Positions 20,039 to 29,994 of a DNA stretch of 64,000 bases are shown here, piece after piece. Within the stretch, counting starts at the first letter, position 1. Each line of letters opens with the position of its first letter. The translations under genes were made by a program, and so were the position numbers. The notes under the pieces are model-generated. The model was given only the letters and a program-made list of their open reading frames with translations, was not told where the DNA came from and made no database searches. Origin of the DNA: an uncultured Candidatus Binatia bacterium. GTDB lineage: Bacteria > Desulfobacterota > Binatia > Bin18. The stretch spans positions 2,080,001-2,144,000 of the forward strand of contig OZ241744.1 of the NCBI GenBank assembly GCA_965200965.1, written 5' to 3'.

Positions 20039-21763
20039 ATGGCAACTTTTGATACCCTCATTCGAGGCGGCACAATTGTTGATGGTGCCCGTCACCCTCG
20101 TTACATTGGGGATGTCGGCATCAAGGACGGCAAAATCGCCCAGATCGAACAACCCGGCACGCTCAAACCCGGCGATGCCACACAGACCCTGGAGGCTAAC
20201 GGCCTGGTGGTCGCCCCGGGGTTTATCGATCTCCACACCCACTATGACGCCCAGATCAACTGGGACCCCTACGTCACGCTGTCTGGCTGGCACGGGGTGA
20301 CCTCCATCGTGGTCGGCAACTGCGGCTTTGGTTTTGCGCCGGTAAAACCCGACATGCGCGAGCGGGCAATGCTGACCATGTCCCGGGTCGAAGCCATTCC
20401 CTACGAGTCGATGAAGGCCGGCATGAAGTGGGAGTGGGAGACTTTCCCCGAATGGCTGGACTTTCTTGACCGGACGCCCAAAGGCATCAACGTCCTGAGC
20501 TTTGTTCCTATTGCCCCGATCATGATCTGGACTATGGGTCTGGAGGCGGCCAAGAGTCGTCCGGCCACCGACAAAGAAAAACAGACCATGTGCCAGATTC
20601 TGAATGAATCACTTGACGCCGGGGGCTGCGGATTCTCGGCTCAGCGTCTGGGCGACGGCTTTGTCTCTGTCCAGCGTGACTACGACGGTACCCCAATGGT
20701 GACCGACACGATGGCAGACGAAGATGTGCTCGCCTTTGGCCGGGTCCTGAAGGAACGAGGAGAGGGCTTCATCCAGCTCACCCAGTCCAGCCCCGACTTT
20801 GAATCCGACATGCGCTTCTACGACCGTCTGGCCGACGAGTGTGGCCGCCCGATTCTGTTCAATGCCACCGCCACGCGCGACGACCGGCCGAGTATCCATC
20901 GCCGCATCCTGCGCTGGATGGAAAAGACCAACAGAGCCGGGCGCAAAATCTACAACCAGACCGCGACATTCCGTCAAGGGCTGTACTTCAGTTTTGCTGA
21001 TATGTCAGGACTGTTCGACGGCAATGATGTTCTGCGTGAGGTGACCATGGGCACGCCGGCCGAACGGCTCGAAAAGCTCAGGAATCCGGCCATTCGTCAG
21101 GCTCTGGTCGCAGAATACGATACCGGACATACACCGGTCGTGACCGGCTCGCTCAAAGACTTCACGGTTGAAACCGTGAAGAACAGGAAGTTCGAGAAGT
21201 ATGTCGGCATGACGGTCGAAGAAGTCGCCAGGCTTGAGAACAAGCACCCCATAGACGCCATGTTCGATATTGCGGTCGAGGAGAATCTGGAAACCGAATT
21301 CTATACTCCCGCCCGCAACGTCCGTGAGGACTATGTGTCCGAGCTGATGGCCTCCCCGTACAGCATGGCCGGGGTGTCGGACGGCGGGGCCCACACCAAG
21401 TTCATCACCATTGGTGCCTATCCGACCGACCTGCTGTCGTGGATGGTCCGCGATGCCGGCTTTATGAGCCTTGAAGAGGCCCACTACCGGCTGAGCGGGA
21501 TGCCGGCCGAATGCGCCGGCTTCAAGGGTCGAGGCGTCCTGCGCGAGGGTGCCCCTGCCGATGTCGTGGTCTACGACCTCGAAAACCTCAAGCTGACCCC
21601 TGAAAAACCCGAGATCGTCCACGACTTCCCGGGTGGCGAGTGGCGGCGCATCCAGAAGGCCGACGGCTACCGCTGGATCATGGTCAACGGCAATGTGACC
21701 TTTGAGGACGGCCAATGCACCAACGCCACGCCGGGCCGCCTGCTGCGGCACGGGCAGGGCTGA
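20039..21763 (+). CDS. N-acyl-D-amino-acid deacylase-like amidohydrolase
   Basis: PGFIDLHTHYD, GNCGFG, SDGGAH and ADVVVYD motifs. Confidence 0.9.
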   Translation: MATFDTLIRGGTIVDGARHPRYIGDVGIKDGKIAQIEQPGTLKPGDATQTLEANGLVVAPGFIDLHTHYDAQINWDPYVTLSGWHGVTSIVVGNCGFGFAPVKPDMRERAMLTMSRVEAIPYESMKAGMKWEWETFPEWLDFLDRTPKGINVLSFVPIAPIMIWTMGLEAAKSRPATDKEKQTMCQILNESLDAGGCGFSAQRLGDGFVSVQRDYDGTPMVTDTMADEDVLAFGRVLKERGEGFIQLTQSSPDFESDMRFYDRLADECGRPILFNATATRDDRPSIHRRILRWMEKTNRAGRKIYNQTATFRQGLYFSFADMSGLFDGNDVLREVTMGTPAERLEKLRNPAIRQALVAEYDTGHTPVVTGSLKDFTVETVKNRKFEKYVGMTVEEVARLENKHPIDAMFDIAVEENLETEFYTPARNVREDYVSELMASPYSMAGVSDGGAHTKFITIGAYPTDLLSWMVRDAGFMSLEEAHYRLSGMPAECAGFKGRGVLREGAPADVVVYDLENLKLTPEKPEIVHDFPGGEWRRIQKADGYRWIMVNGNVTFEDGQCTNATPGRLLRHGQG

Positions 21764-21883
21764 GTCACTCCCTTTCATCAAGGACCAGGCTCCGGCACGC
21801 AGTCCGCAAGACCGCGCCGCCGGGCCGGCCCAACTCATTCAGACTGGGCTGGCAAGGCTCAGGGCCCTGCCAGCCCACCAGCC

Positions 21884-22945
21884 TCACTCCGACCCGATAA
21901 CAAACTCGCCGCCAAATGGCGTATACGGCACGCCAAGGCCCAGGCACAACATCAGACGCAGACGGGTTTTCCGAGCCGACAGGTGGTTCTCAATCAGCAC
22001 CCCGGCCGCCCGCAGAGCATCGTAGGCCCCCGGATAATAATAGTCGGCTGCGGTCCAGCCACTGGCCGCACCCGAGCACAGGACAACCGGCAGGCCGCTT
22101 CTGGCCAGCCCAAGCACCTTTTCGCCGGCCCGGGCAGGAATTGTGCCGGCGGCCATACCGGCAATAACCAGGCCCTGCACCCGACCCGCGGCCAGGCCGT
22201 CAAGCACCGCCGCATCTTCGGCCAGCGCCATGCTCAGAATCGGCACCGAGCCGGGAACGGCCCTTGGAATCCGGCCCAAGCGCAGCCGCACAACCGGCCG
22301 CCAGGCACACTCGACCTGATCCCCAATGATCTGCCCAAACGGCGCGCCTCGGCGCGCGCTGAACGCATCCAAGGCCCCAGTGTCAGCCTTGAACACGCTC
22401 CAGGCCTCAAAAATCTGATCGTTGAGGGCAACCAGGGTACCGTAGGTGGCCGGGATCAGGCTGGCGACCCGCAGAGCGTTGTCCAGATTCCGAATGCCGT
22501 CATAGCCGCTGGCCCAGCCGGGCCGCATGGCACCGGTGAAGACAATCGGGACCGAGGCGGGTACGAGTTCATCCACCCCGTAGGCAGCCTCCTCCATAGC
22601 ATCGGTGCCGTGGCTGACAACAATGCCGTCAACCGCTGGCGTGGCCGCGGCCCGAATCTGCCGGGCCAGGGCCAGCACGTTGTCGGGACAGACCCCGCCC
22701 CGCGGCACAAAGTCAATCGGGCGGACCCGCAAGCGGTGTCGGAGCGAGCTTTGGGCCAGGAGTTCGGCGGCCGTCCAGGCCGTTACGCTCTGGCCGGCCT
22801 CAAGGCCGGACGACGGCCGCTTCCTGGGCGAGCGCACCTCATCTCTGTGCATGCTGATCGTCCCCCCGGCCGCAATCAGGACGAGGCGGGGCTTTTTTGT
22901 GGTCCGTCGCATGGAGGCGAGAGCAGCGGTCTCTTTCCCTGTCAA
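21884..22945 (-). CDS. Asparaginase/glutaminase family protein
   Basis: GGTISM, HGTDAMEE and TGAMRP motifs; TTG start overlaps the egtD stop. Confidence 0.85.
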   Translation of the reverse strand: MTGKETAALASMRRTTKKPRLVLIAAGGTISMHRDEVRSPRKRPSSGLEAGQSVTAWTAAELLAQSSLRHRLRVRPIDFVPRGGVCPDNVLALARQIRAAATPAVDGIVVSHGTDAMEEAAYGVDELVPASVPIVFTGAMRPGWASGYDGIRNLDNALRVASLIPATYGTLVALNDQIFEAWSVFKADTGALDAFSARRGAPFGQIIGDQVECAWRPVVRLRLGRIPRAVPGSVPILSMALAEDAAVLDGLAAGRVQGLVIAGMAAGTIPARAGEKVLGLARSGLPVVLCSGAASGWTAADYYYPGAYDALRAAGVLIENHLSARKTRLRLMLCLGLGVPYTPFGGEFVIGSE

Positions 22946-23931
22946 CCCCCGACAAAACGGAAGACCGCCATCAGGAACCAGCCGCGCTCATCCGTCCACC
23001 GGGCACAGGCCTCAAAGCCGTAGGGCCAGAGCTGCGCCGCCACTTGCCCGGCGTCAAACTTGCGCGAGATCTCGGTATGGATCGTTTCCCGGGGCGCGAA
23101 GAACACCCGCAGTCCCAGCTCGGCGATCTCAACCTCCTGGGCGACCTGACTCTCGAGGTGCATTTCAATCTGATGCTGGACGCGGTTATAGAAAGCCAGG
23201 TGGCTGAACCGCGCCAGACTGAAGTTGGCACCGAACTCGCGGTTAATGCGCCGCAGCATATTGAGATTAAAGGCGGCCGTCACCCCGGCCGCGTCATTAT
23301 AGGCGGCCTCCAGGATATCGACTGGCTTTCTGAGGTCCAGACCCAGCAGCACATAATCCCGGGGCTGGAGGACGACCGCCAGCCGGCTGAACAACTCGGC
23401 CTGTTCGGCCTCGTTAAAATTGCCCAGATTGCTGCCCAGGAACAGGACCAGGCGTTGGCGGGCGGGCGGCAGCGCGGCCAAGCCGCTCAGATAGTCGGTA
23501 GCCAGGGCCCGGATAGACAGCCGGGGATAGTCAGCGATCAGTCTCTCGGCCGATTCACGCAACATGGCGGCGCTGATATCAATCGGAACATAGCGCATGG
23601 GGTAGCCGCGACGCTGATATTCGTCCAGGAACAGACGGGTTTTGAGCGCGCTGCCGCTGCCCAACTCAACCAGGGTACACTCGCCGACCAGGTCGAGCAC
23701 CTCGGAAGCCCGCCGGCGCATCAGCCCGGCTTCGGTCCGGGTCGGATAATACTCGGGTTGTTGACAGATCTGTTCAAACAGTTCTGAGCCGTACTGATCG
23801 TAGAAATAGCGCGGAGGCAGGGATTTTCGGGTGGCGCTCAGGCCGGCGATCACGTCCTCGCCAAAGCGGGACAGCACAGAGACCGGACAGGAGATGTGGA
23901 GACGGGTGTCAGCAGCGTGTGGGGTATCCAT
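22942..23931 (-). CDS. egtD: L-histidine N-alpha-methyltransferase
   Basis: YFYD..GS.LFEQI...PEYYPTRTE, ELGSGS, FLGSNLGNF, AYNDAAGVTAAFN and HTEISRK motifs. Confidence 0.95.
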   Translation of the reverse strand: MDTPHAADTRLHISCPVSVLSRFGEDVIAGLSATRKSLPPRYFYDQYGSELFEQICQQPEYYPTRTEAGLMRRRASEVLDLVGECTLVELGSGSALKTRLFLDEYQRRGYPMRYVPIDISAAMLRESAERLIADYPRLSIRALATDYLSGLAALPPARQRLVLFLGSNLGNFNEAEQAELFSRLAVVLQPRDYVLLGLDLRKPVDILEAAYNDAAGVTAAFNLNMLRRINREFGANFSLARFSHLAFYNRVQHQIEMHLESQVAQEVEIAELGLRVFFAPRETIHTEISRKFDAGQVAAQLWPYGFEACARWTDERGWFLMAVFRFVGG

Positions 23932-23938
23932 GAGGTAT

Positions 23939-25249
23939 TCAGGTGGCGCACCGGAAACCGGCAAAAATTTCTCGGACCCAGGGGTGATACCAGTTGCGAA
24001 AGGTCGGGCGCAGGACATGGCTGCGGGTGGCCCACGAGCCGCCCCGCAAGACCCGGTGCTGGTGGTCAAAATATGGCACCGAGTAGCCGTCGTAGGGATA
24101 GGCGCAAAAACCGGGATAGGGCTGAAACCAGCTTGCGGTCCACTCCCACATGTTGCCCTGCATATCCATGCAGCCGTAGGCGCTGGCCCCGGCCGGGTGG
24201 CGCTGCACCGGGCTGGCACCGTCCTGCCGCGCGTCGCTGTTGCAGTGCCGTGGGTCGGGCCGCTCGACTCCCCAGGGATAGGCGCGCTTGTGGCCGCGCG
24301 CCGGGTCCCAGGAGGCCGCCTTTTCCCACTCGGCCTCGGTCGGCAGACGTTTGCCCAGGGCTCGGGCATAAGCCTCGGCCTCGTACCAGCTGACCCCCAT
24401 CACCGGCGCATCAGGGGGAAGCGGCCGGGTGTGTGACAGGCCGGTCAGGGCCCAGTCGCCACCCGGCTGCCGGTGCCAGTAGCGCGGCTGCTCAATCGCG
24501 TTTTTCTCCCGCCAGACCCAGCCCTCAGGACTCCACCAGGACCGCCGGTGGTAGCCCCGGTCCTGGACAAAGCCCAGAAACTGGGCGTTGGTCACTGGAT
24601 AGCGGTCCATCCAGAACTCGCCGACATCCACTTTGTGCTGTGGGCGTTCATTGTCCAGGGTCTCGTCCAGCCGGTTACTGCCCATCAGAAAAGGACCGGC
24701 CGGCACACACACCATTTCGTCGAATACACCGCCGCCGGCCCGGCCCGGTTCGCCGTCCTGGCTGGGCCGGTCCTGGCCGGCGGCCAGCAGCTGAAGCACC
24801 AGGGTCATGGTTTCCTGATGCTGGGCTTCGTGCTGGAGCAGCATGCGAAAGATCCGCCCCTGTTGCAAAAGCGGGTGAGACTGGGGAAAGTCGGTGCGGT
24901 CGAGGACGGCCAGCAGGTTGTCCCGGACCGTGTCGAGATAGGCCAGGATGTCGGAGCGAGCGGGGAGCTTGGTGCGATTGGTTTTGGGATGGCCGGTCGG
25001 CGAAAAAAATCGCTCGTAGGTCTCCGACAGACAGGCCCGGCCCTCGCACTGTTGCAGGACCCAGTAGGCTTCAGTGACCCCGATATGGCCCAGGTGCCAG
25101 CCCACCGGGCTGAAGTCGGGATGCGCCTGGCACCGGAAGTCGGCGTCGCTGACCTTGGCGAGCAGGCTGAGCGTCTGCCGGCGCACCTCAAGAAACCAGG
25201 CGCGCAAAAGCCGGCGGTCGGGCCGGGCCGGCGGATTAGCCCGCGGCAC
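23939..25249 (-). CDS. egtB: Ergothioneine sulfoxide synthase (DinB + FGE-like domains); start inferred at GTG 25249
   Basis: SPVGWHLGH, QHEAQHQE (iron-binding His triad), RLPTEAEWEKAA and RNWYHPWVREIFAGFR motifs. Confidence 0.92.
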   Translation of the reverse strand: MPRANPPARPDRRLLRAWFLEVRRQTLSLLAKVSDADFRCQAHPDFSPVGWHLGHIGVTEAYWVLQQCEGRACLSETYERFFSPTGHPKTNRTKLPARSDILAYLDTVRDNLLAVLDRTDFPQSHPLLQQGRIFRMLLQHEAQHQETMTLVLQLLAAGQDRPSQDGEPGRAGGGVFDEMVCVPAGPFLMGSNRLDETLDNERPQHKVDVGEFWMDRYPVTNAQFLGFVQDRGYHRRSWWSPEGWVWREKNAIEQPRYWHRQPGGDWALTGLSHTRPLPPDAPVMGVSWYEAEAYARALGKRLPTEAEWEKAASWDPARGHKRAYPWGVERPDPRHCNSDARQDGASPVQRHPAGASAYGCMDMQGNMWEWTASWFQPYPGFCAYPYDGYSVPYFDHQHRVLRGGSWATRSHVLRPTFRNWYHPWVREIFAGFRCAT

Positions 25250-26066
25250 GACTCTCCGCCTCCCTCGGCCGGAGCGTGACCCATTCGGGCTGGAGCCGGG
25301 CATCAAAAGCGAGCAGCCGGTCTTCCTCCACCGCGTGCCAGGCCCGGCTGGCAAACAGACGCTCCGAGGCCAGCAGACCGGCCCGGGGAAACTCGGCAGT
25401 ATCGAACGCGCAGTACAAGGACGGTGCCGGAGAGCGCGAGGCAAAGCGGCTGGCCACAACAAACTCACCGTTGGTCAGGGCCAGATTGAGGACGAGCGAG
25501 GTGTGGGTCGGTGCCGCCCAGCAGACGAGCTGTTCAATGGTGGCGCGCACTGCGAGCAGCGCATTGTGCCGGGTGCATTCGCGGCCGTGCAAAAACTGGA
25601 GCAGCAGGGCAAAGATATGCTCCGAGTCGGTTGAGCCTTGGATGGCGGTGTAATACTCGTCCTGGAGCGCATCCCGGAGCGGCCGCATCAGGCTGCGGCG
25701 GAAGTTCTCGATAAAACCGTTATGCATGAACAGCAGGCGTCGGTAGGCGAAGGGCTGGCAGTTGCTGTGGTCCACTGCCTGGCCTGGAGTGGCACTGCGC
25801 ACATTGGCCACAATACACCCGGCCGCAATATGGTGGCCGAGTCCGGGCAAATTGCGGTCACTCCAGATGGGACAGGTGTTAGCATACACACACGGGGTCG
25901 GCTCAAGCTGCGGGTTGTACCAGCCCAGGCCGAAGCCGTCGGCGTTGACCACCCCGGCCGTCATCTCCCGCGGCTGGTAGCTCTGGGCCACCAGCGAGTG
26001 CTCGGGCTCACTCACCACGCGCTCAAGCCGGATCTCGGGCCCAAGGTAGGTCAGCAGGCGGCACAT
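25236..26066 (-). CDS. egtC: Gamma-glutamyl-hercynylcysteine sulfoxide hydrolase (Ntn amidohydrolase)
   Basis: N-terminal MCR, NADGFG, NVRSAT, HNG and TDSEH motifs; adjacent to egtB. Confidence 0.93.
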   Translation of the reverse strand: MCRLLTYLGPEIRLERVVSEPEHSLVAQSYQPREMTAGVVNADGFGLGWYNPQLEPTPCVYANTCPIWSDRNLPGLGHHIAAGCIVANVRSATPGQAVDHSNCQPFAYRRLLFMHNGFIENFRRSLMRPLRDALQDEYYTAIQGSTDSEHIFALLLQFLHGRECTRHNALLAVRATIEQLVCWAAPTHTSLVLNLALTNGEFVVASRFASRSPAPSLYCAFDTAEFPRAGLLASERLFASRAWHAVEEDRLLAFDARLQPEWVTLRPREAESRAAG

Positions 26067-26068
26067 GC

Positions 26069-27274
26069 TTACCACGGTGACATATCGGGTCTTTTGAGCA
26101 GACGGTGGCGCACATCCTCAGCCTGGGCGTGAATCTCCGCATAGCTGTCACCAAACAGATCGATCTGGGCCAGGACAATCCCGAACTCGCTCATCTGTCT
26201 TACCTGGCTGCCCGGTTCAAAATAGATCGTCATGTCGGGAATGGTGCGCGCCTGCTCGTGGTCAAGCAGATTTTCGGCCGCGTCCTCGGCAAAGGTAATC
26301 AGGTTGAACTGGCCGCCGACCACGGGGCGAGGCCCACGGTCGAGGCTGGGCGGGCGGCCGCTGGCCAGGGTCAGGCCGGCCTCATAGATACAGGCGTCCA
26401 GACACCTGCGGTACAACTGGTAAAAGCAGGTAGCGGCGCGCCCGTTGAGCTCGGTCAGGGTCACTCCGTCGGCGTGACACCAGAACTCGATGTTAAAAAA
26501 TCCGTTGTCCAGGTCCACGCCGCCAATCGCCGCACACGCCTGTCGCTCAAGTTCGGCTTGAACAGGAGCGGGGTGGCGCGAGGGGAGGGAAAAATTGTCA
26601 ATCACCCGTGTTCCAGGATAGGTGTTGGTGTCGGTAATCGCCCACAGGTGGGGCTGCCGGTCATACACCCAGCCCTCGACCGTCACCTGGGGGCCGTCAA
26701 CAAACTCTTCAACTAACATGATGTCCTGGACGGCCAGGGGATATTTTTCAAGATCAACATAGCGCTCAAAGAACGGCGTGTAGAGCGGGGACCAGGCCGG
26801 ATAGTCCCGGCGCGCGAGGCGCAGCGCCCGGTCGAGGTCTGCCGCGGATTCGAGCTTAAAGCCCAGGATGCCCAGATTCAGCCACGGCGGTTTGAGGTAG
26901 CACGGATAGCCGGCGACCGCGGGAGCGGGGTCGTGCAGGGCAATCGCCTGGCAGCCGATGGGGTTGGGTTCGGCTTGGCGGCCGTAGTATTTATGCATAC
27001 ACAAAAAGACCGACTCCACGCTGGGGCCGGGAAAGCCAAACTCTTCACACAGGGCCGCGGCGACCAGATCGGCCACATCCCGGGAGTAGAAAACAGCGTC
27101 AATATGATGCGTGCGGATGTAGTCCCGGCACTGCCCAATATAGGCCAGCAGATCAAGTTCGGGCGACGGGGTGCGGGGGTTGAGCGGGGCGTCAAGCAGG
27201 TGGAAGGTATAGCCGCTGAGATCGGCGATGGCGTTCCGGTCCCGCTGTGAGGGGCAGGTGATGAAGACCTCCAT
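26069..27274 (-). CDS. ATP-grasp domain ligase, first gene of the egt operon
   Basis: HKY, YLKP, VEEFVDGPQVTVEG, FNIEF and ELNGR ATP-grasp motifs; stop lies 2 nt before the egtC ATG. Confidence 0.85.
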   Translation of the reverse strand: MEVFITCPSQRDRNAIADLSGYTFHLLDAPLNPRTPSPELDLLAYIGQCRDYIRTHHIDAVFYSRDVADLVAAALCEEFGFPGPSVESVFLCMHKYYGRQAEPNPIGCQAIALHDPAPAVAGYPCYLKPPWLNLGILGFKLESAADLDRALRLARRDYPAWSPLYTPFFERYVDLEKYPLAVQDIMLVEEFVDGPQVTVEGWVYDRQPHLWAITDTNTYPGTRVIDNFSLPSRHPAPVQAELERQACAAIGGVDLDNGFFNIEFWCHADGVTLTELNGRAATCFYQLYRRCLDACIYEAGLTLASGRPPSLDRGPRPVVGGQFNLITFAEDAAENLLDHEQARTIPDMTIYFEPGSQVRQMSEFGIVLAQIDLFGDSYAEIHAQAEDVRHRLLKRPDMSPW

Positions 27275-27436
27275 AGGGCTGAACCTCTGTCCACTTGCAC
27301 GGCGGGGGTTCCCCGCCCCGCTCTGCGCTCCGGCATTCTATTGATTGCCCGGCGTGTGTCAACTCTTGCAATACCCAAGGGGTCCGGCAACAATCAAGCT
27401 GTTCAGCCCCCGGATACCCAACAGAGAGGACTGCCC

Positions 27437-28024
27437 ATGCTGCTCTATCTCGATACCCGACGTGCCCCCAACCCGCGAAAAGTCCGCATCTATCTGGCCG
27501 AAAAGCAGCTCGACATTCCCATCAAGGAGTTGGACCTGTACGCCGGCGAGCAGAAAGCGCCCGAGTTCCTGGCCAGGAACCCGTTTGCCGGCGTGCCTGT
27601 CCTGGAACTTGACGACGGGACCGTCCTGGCCGAGACCCTGCCCATCATGGAATACCTCGAAGAGTTATACCCCGAGCCACCACTGATTGGCACCGATGCG
27701 GTCAGCCGTGCCCAGGTCCGGGCCTGGGAGCGGCGGTGTGAAATTGGGGTGTATCTCACCGCCTCGCGCATGGTGCTGTCCACAGGTGCGGTCTCGGATC
27801 ACGCCAGAGGCGTGCTGCTGTCTCGTTTGCCGCTTGTCAACGCCGGCTTAGAGGGCAAGGACTGGCTGGCCGGGGCGTTCTCGATTGCCGACATCATGCT
27901 CTTCATCGGCCTGGAGACCGCCCACAGCAGCCGCTACACGGGCGAGTTCGGGCTCGACCCGGCCTGGATCAATCTGCGGCGCTGGTATGAGGCGATGAAA
28001 GCCCGGCCCAGCGTCTCGGCCTGA
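27437..28024 (+). CDS. Glutathione S-transferase family protein
   Basis: PNPRKVRI, NPFAGVPVLELDDG and FSIADI motifs; GAGGA RBS. Confidence 0.9.
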   Translation: MLLYLDTRRAPNPRKVRIYLAEKQLDIPIKELDLYAGEQKAPEFLARNPFAGVPVLELDDGTVLAETLPIMEYLEELYPEPPLIGTDAVSRAQVRAWERRCEIGVYLTASRMVLSTGAVSDHARGVLLSRLPLVNAGLEGKDWLAGAFSIADIMLFIGLETAHSSRYTGEFGLDPAWINLRRWYEAMKARPSVSA

Positions 28025-28031
28025 ACTGCCG

Positions 28032-28290
28032 TTGGTGAAGACACAGCAGGCCGCCATTGCCGCCCGCTATCGGCGCTGTGCCGCACCAGGAAACGGCTGG
28101 CGTCTCCCCGCTGTACGCGGCACTGGCCGAGGCCGAACATTGGCCCACGCCAGCGTTTCTGGCCGGCCTGCCGGTGGGCAAACACCAGCCGAACCTGCTC
28201 TTTGCCGCCTTCCGCTGGCTGGCCGGCCTCAAGGTCCGGCGGACTTCTTTTCGGGCACCTTTTCTAACGACTCCCCTTCCACCTTGACAG
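28032..28290 (+). pseudogene. Truncated, frameshifted N-terminal remnant of a DUF2332-like protein
   Basis: IAARYRR.../GVSPLYAALA...FLAGLPVGKHQPNLLFAAFRWLAG in shifted frames; ends where the AT-richer HipA cassette begins. Confidence 0.55.
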
Positions 28291-28357
28291 GTCCGGGACA
28301 CTATTTCAGACAAGCGGAGCCGTAGCGGCCCGAGTCTGATGGTATACAATTATCGCC

Positions 28358-29254
28358 GTGTCAGACCCGTACCCAATCAATGAAGTGCAACCGGAATGGC
28401 TCCTTGGACCCGAGGCAATGGGGAGCAAGACAAAGGTCTGGTACCGCTCTCCAGAGCAGCAAGCAAACCCCTGGCTCTTCAAATGGCCCCAACCACAGAC
28501 CGGGCAGCATTGGGCAGAAAAAATCGCCGCCGAGATCGCGGCTCTCCTGGCAATTCCACATGCGAGAGTAGAATTAGCGGTGCTTTCAGAGCAGCGAGGC
28601 TCGGTGACTGAATCGTTCGCCCGCGGCGGTCGGGAATTGATCCACGGCAAGCAGATGTTGGCGGGAGTCGTGCATGGATACGATCCCGAGAAAAAATTTG
28701 GTCAATCGAATCATACCCTGGCGAATATCTGGCGGGTCATGGACCGTGTGTTTGTCAGGCCCGAAGCTGCAAGACGGGCCAAACTCCGCATGGCAGAGTA
28801 CATGGTTCTGGATGCGATTATTGGCAACACGGACCGCCATCATGAGAACTGGGGCGTACTTCGAAAGCGCCCGGGTATTCGTTGGAGGGGTATTATGGTA
28901 GCACCATCGTTCGATCACGCCTCCTCGTTGGGTCGGGAACTCCTGGATACCCGCCGGGAGAGGCTGCTGACAGAGAATCGCGTGGGCGATTATGCCGAAA
29001 AAGGGCGTGGCGCGCTTTACTGGTCGGAGGATGAACGGCACGGCCCGAGTCCGCTGGAATTCGTAAGGCGGGCGGCTCACAAGTATCCAGACCTTTTCCG
29101 ACAAGCGAGCCAGAAGCTTGAAAGAGTAGACGAAGCTGAGCTGGGCCAAATTGTCAGTCGTATTCCCTCTAAGTGGATGACCCCTGTGTCCCGGGAGTTT
29201 ACTCTCGCGCTGGTACGCTATGATTTTGAGCAATTACAGGAGGTTTTCCGATGA
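28358..29254 (+). CDS. HipA-like (PI3/4-kinase fold) kinase
   Basis: MGSKTKVW, LFK, EKIAAEIA, DAIIGNTDRHHENWG and APSFDHASSL motifs. Confidence 0.88.
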   Translation: MSDPYPINEVQPEWLLGPEAMGSKTKVWYRSPEQQANPWLFKWPQPQTGQHWAEKIAAEIAALLAIPHARVELAVLSEQRGSVTESFARGGRELIHGKQMLAGVVHGYDPEKKFGQSNHTLANIWRVMDRVFVRPEAARRAKLRMAEYMVLDAIIGNTDRHHENWGVLRKRPGIRWRGIMVAPSFDHASSLGRELLDTRRERLLTENRVGDYAEKGRGALYWSEDERHGPSPLEFVRRAAHKYPDLFRQASQKLERVDEAELGQIVSRIPSKWMTPVSREFTLALVRYDFEQLQEVFR

Positions 29255-29994
29255 GCGAGACAACATTATTCCTGGCCTGGCAGGACAAAAGACGGGAAAG
29301 CCGGCCCTGGTTTCCGGTCGGCCGGCTTGACGCGGATGTCGAACGCTCGCTCTATCGCTTCCGCTACACAGGCGGGGCAGAACGGGCGCAGAAAGAGGCA
29401 GGGTTTCCGCTGTTGATCGAGTTTCCCAGCCTGAAAGAGAATTATCAGTCTTCGGAGCTCTTTCCGCTCTTCCAGAACCGGGTGATGAATCGGGCAAGGC
29501 CGGACTTCGCCTCCTATCTTCGCACCCTTGGCTTGGCCGAGGGGGCCGACCCGATTGAGATCCTGTCGGCAAACGGAGGCCAGCGGGTAACAGACGCCTA
29601 TGAGGTTTTTCCGAAGATCAGGAAGGACGGGAACGGACGTTTCAGCTGCCGCTTCTTTCTGCACGGCTGGCGACACATCACTCCATCGGCCCGGGAGCGG
29701 ATTGACCGCCTCCAGCCAAAAGAAAACCTGTACATTACCCTGGAGTTGACCAACCCGGCGACCGGGCTGGCGGTCCAAATTCAGACGACAGACTATCATA
29801 TGCTTGGCTGGGCACCGCGTTATCTCGCAGCCGACCTGACAGCGGCAATGGTCAAGCGGCCCCCTGAAGCGGAGGTCGTGCAGGTGAACCCCCAACCCGC
29901 TCCGTCAAAGCAGCGCCTTTTGATTGAAATACGCGGCTGCTGGGACAACTACGATCCGATGGCAGGCAAAGATTTCACACCGCTGGTTGCCTAG
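29251..29994 (+). CDS. HipS-like/HIRAN domain protein
   Basis: N-terminal VGRL...YRFRY...LFPLFQNR (HipA couple-domain-like); C-terminal ELTNP..LAVQI...LGWAPRYLA (HIRAN-like); ATGA overlap with the kinase. Confidence 0.75.
   Translation: MSETTLFLAWQDKRRESRPWFPVGRLDADVERSLYRFRYTGGAERAQKEAGFPLLIEFPSLKENYQSSELFPLFQNRVMNRARPDFASYLRTLGLAEGADPIEILSANGGQRVTDAYEVFPKIRKDGNGRFSCRFFLHGWRHITPSARERIDRLQPKENLYITLELTNPATGLAVQIQTTDYHMLGWAPRYLAADLTAAMVKRPPEAEVVQVNPQPAPSKQRLLIEIRGCWDNYDPMAGKDFTPLVA

Noticed and set aside
23932-24369. N-terminal extension of the 475-aa ORF, suggesting an EgtB-EgtD fusion
   Set aside because: The extension overlaps egtB in another frame; egtB stops at 23939 and egtD has its own ATG at 23931.
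23939-27274. Selenoneine (senABC) or ovothiol cluster
   Set aside because: No SenB glycosyltransferase or SelD homologue is present, and the sulfoxide synthase has no fused C-terminal methyltransferase as in OvoA.
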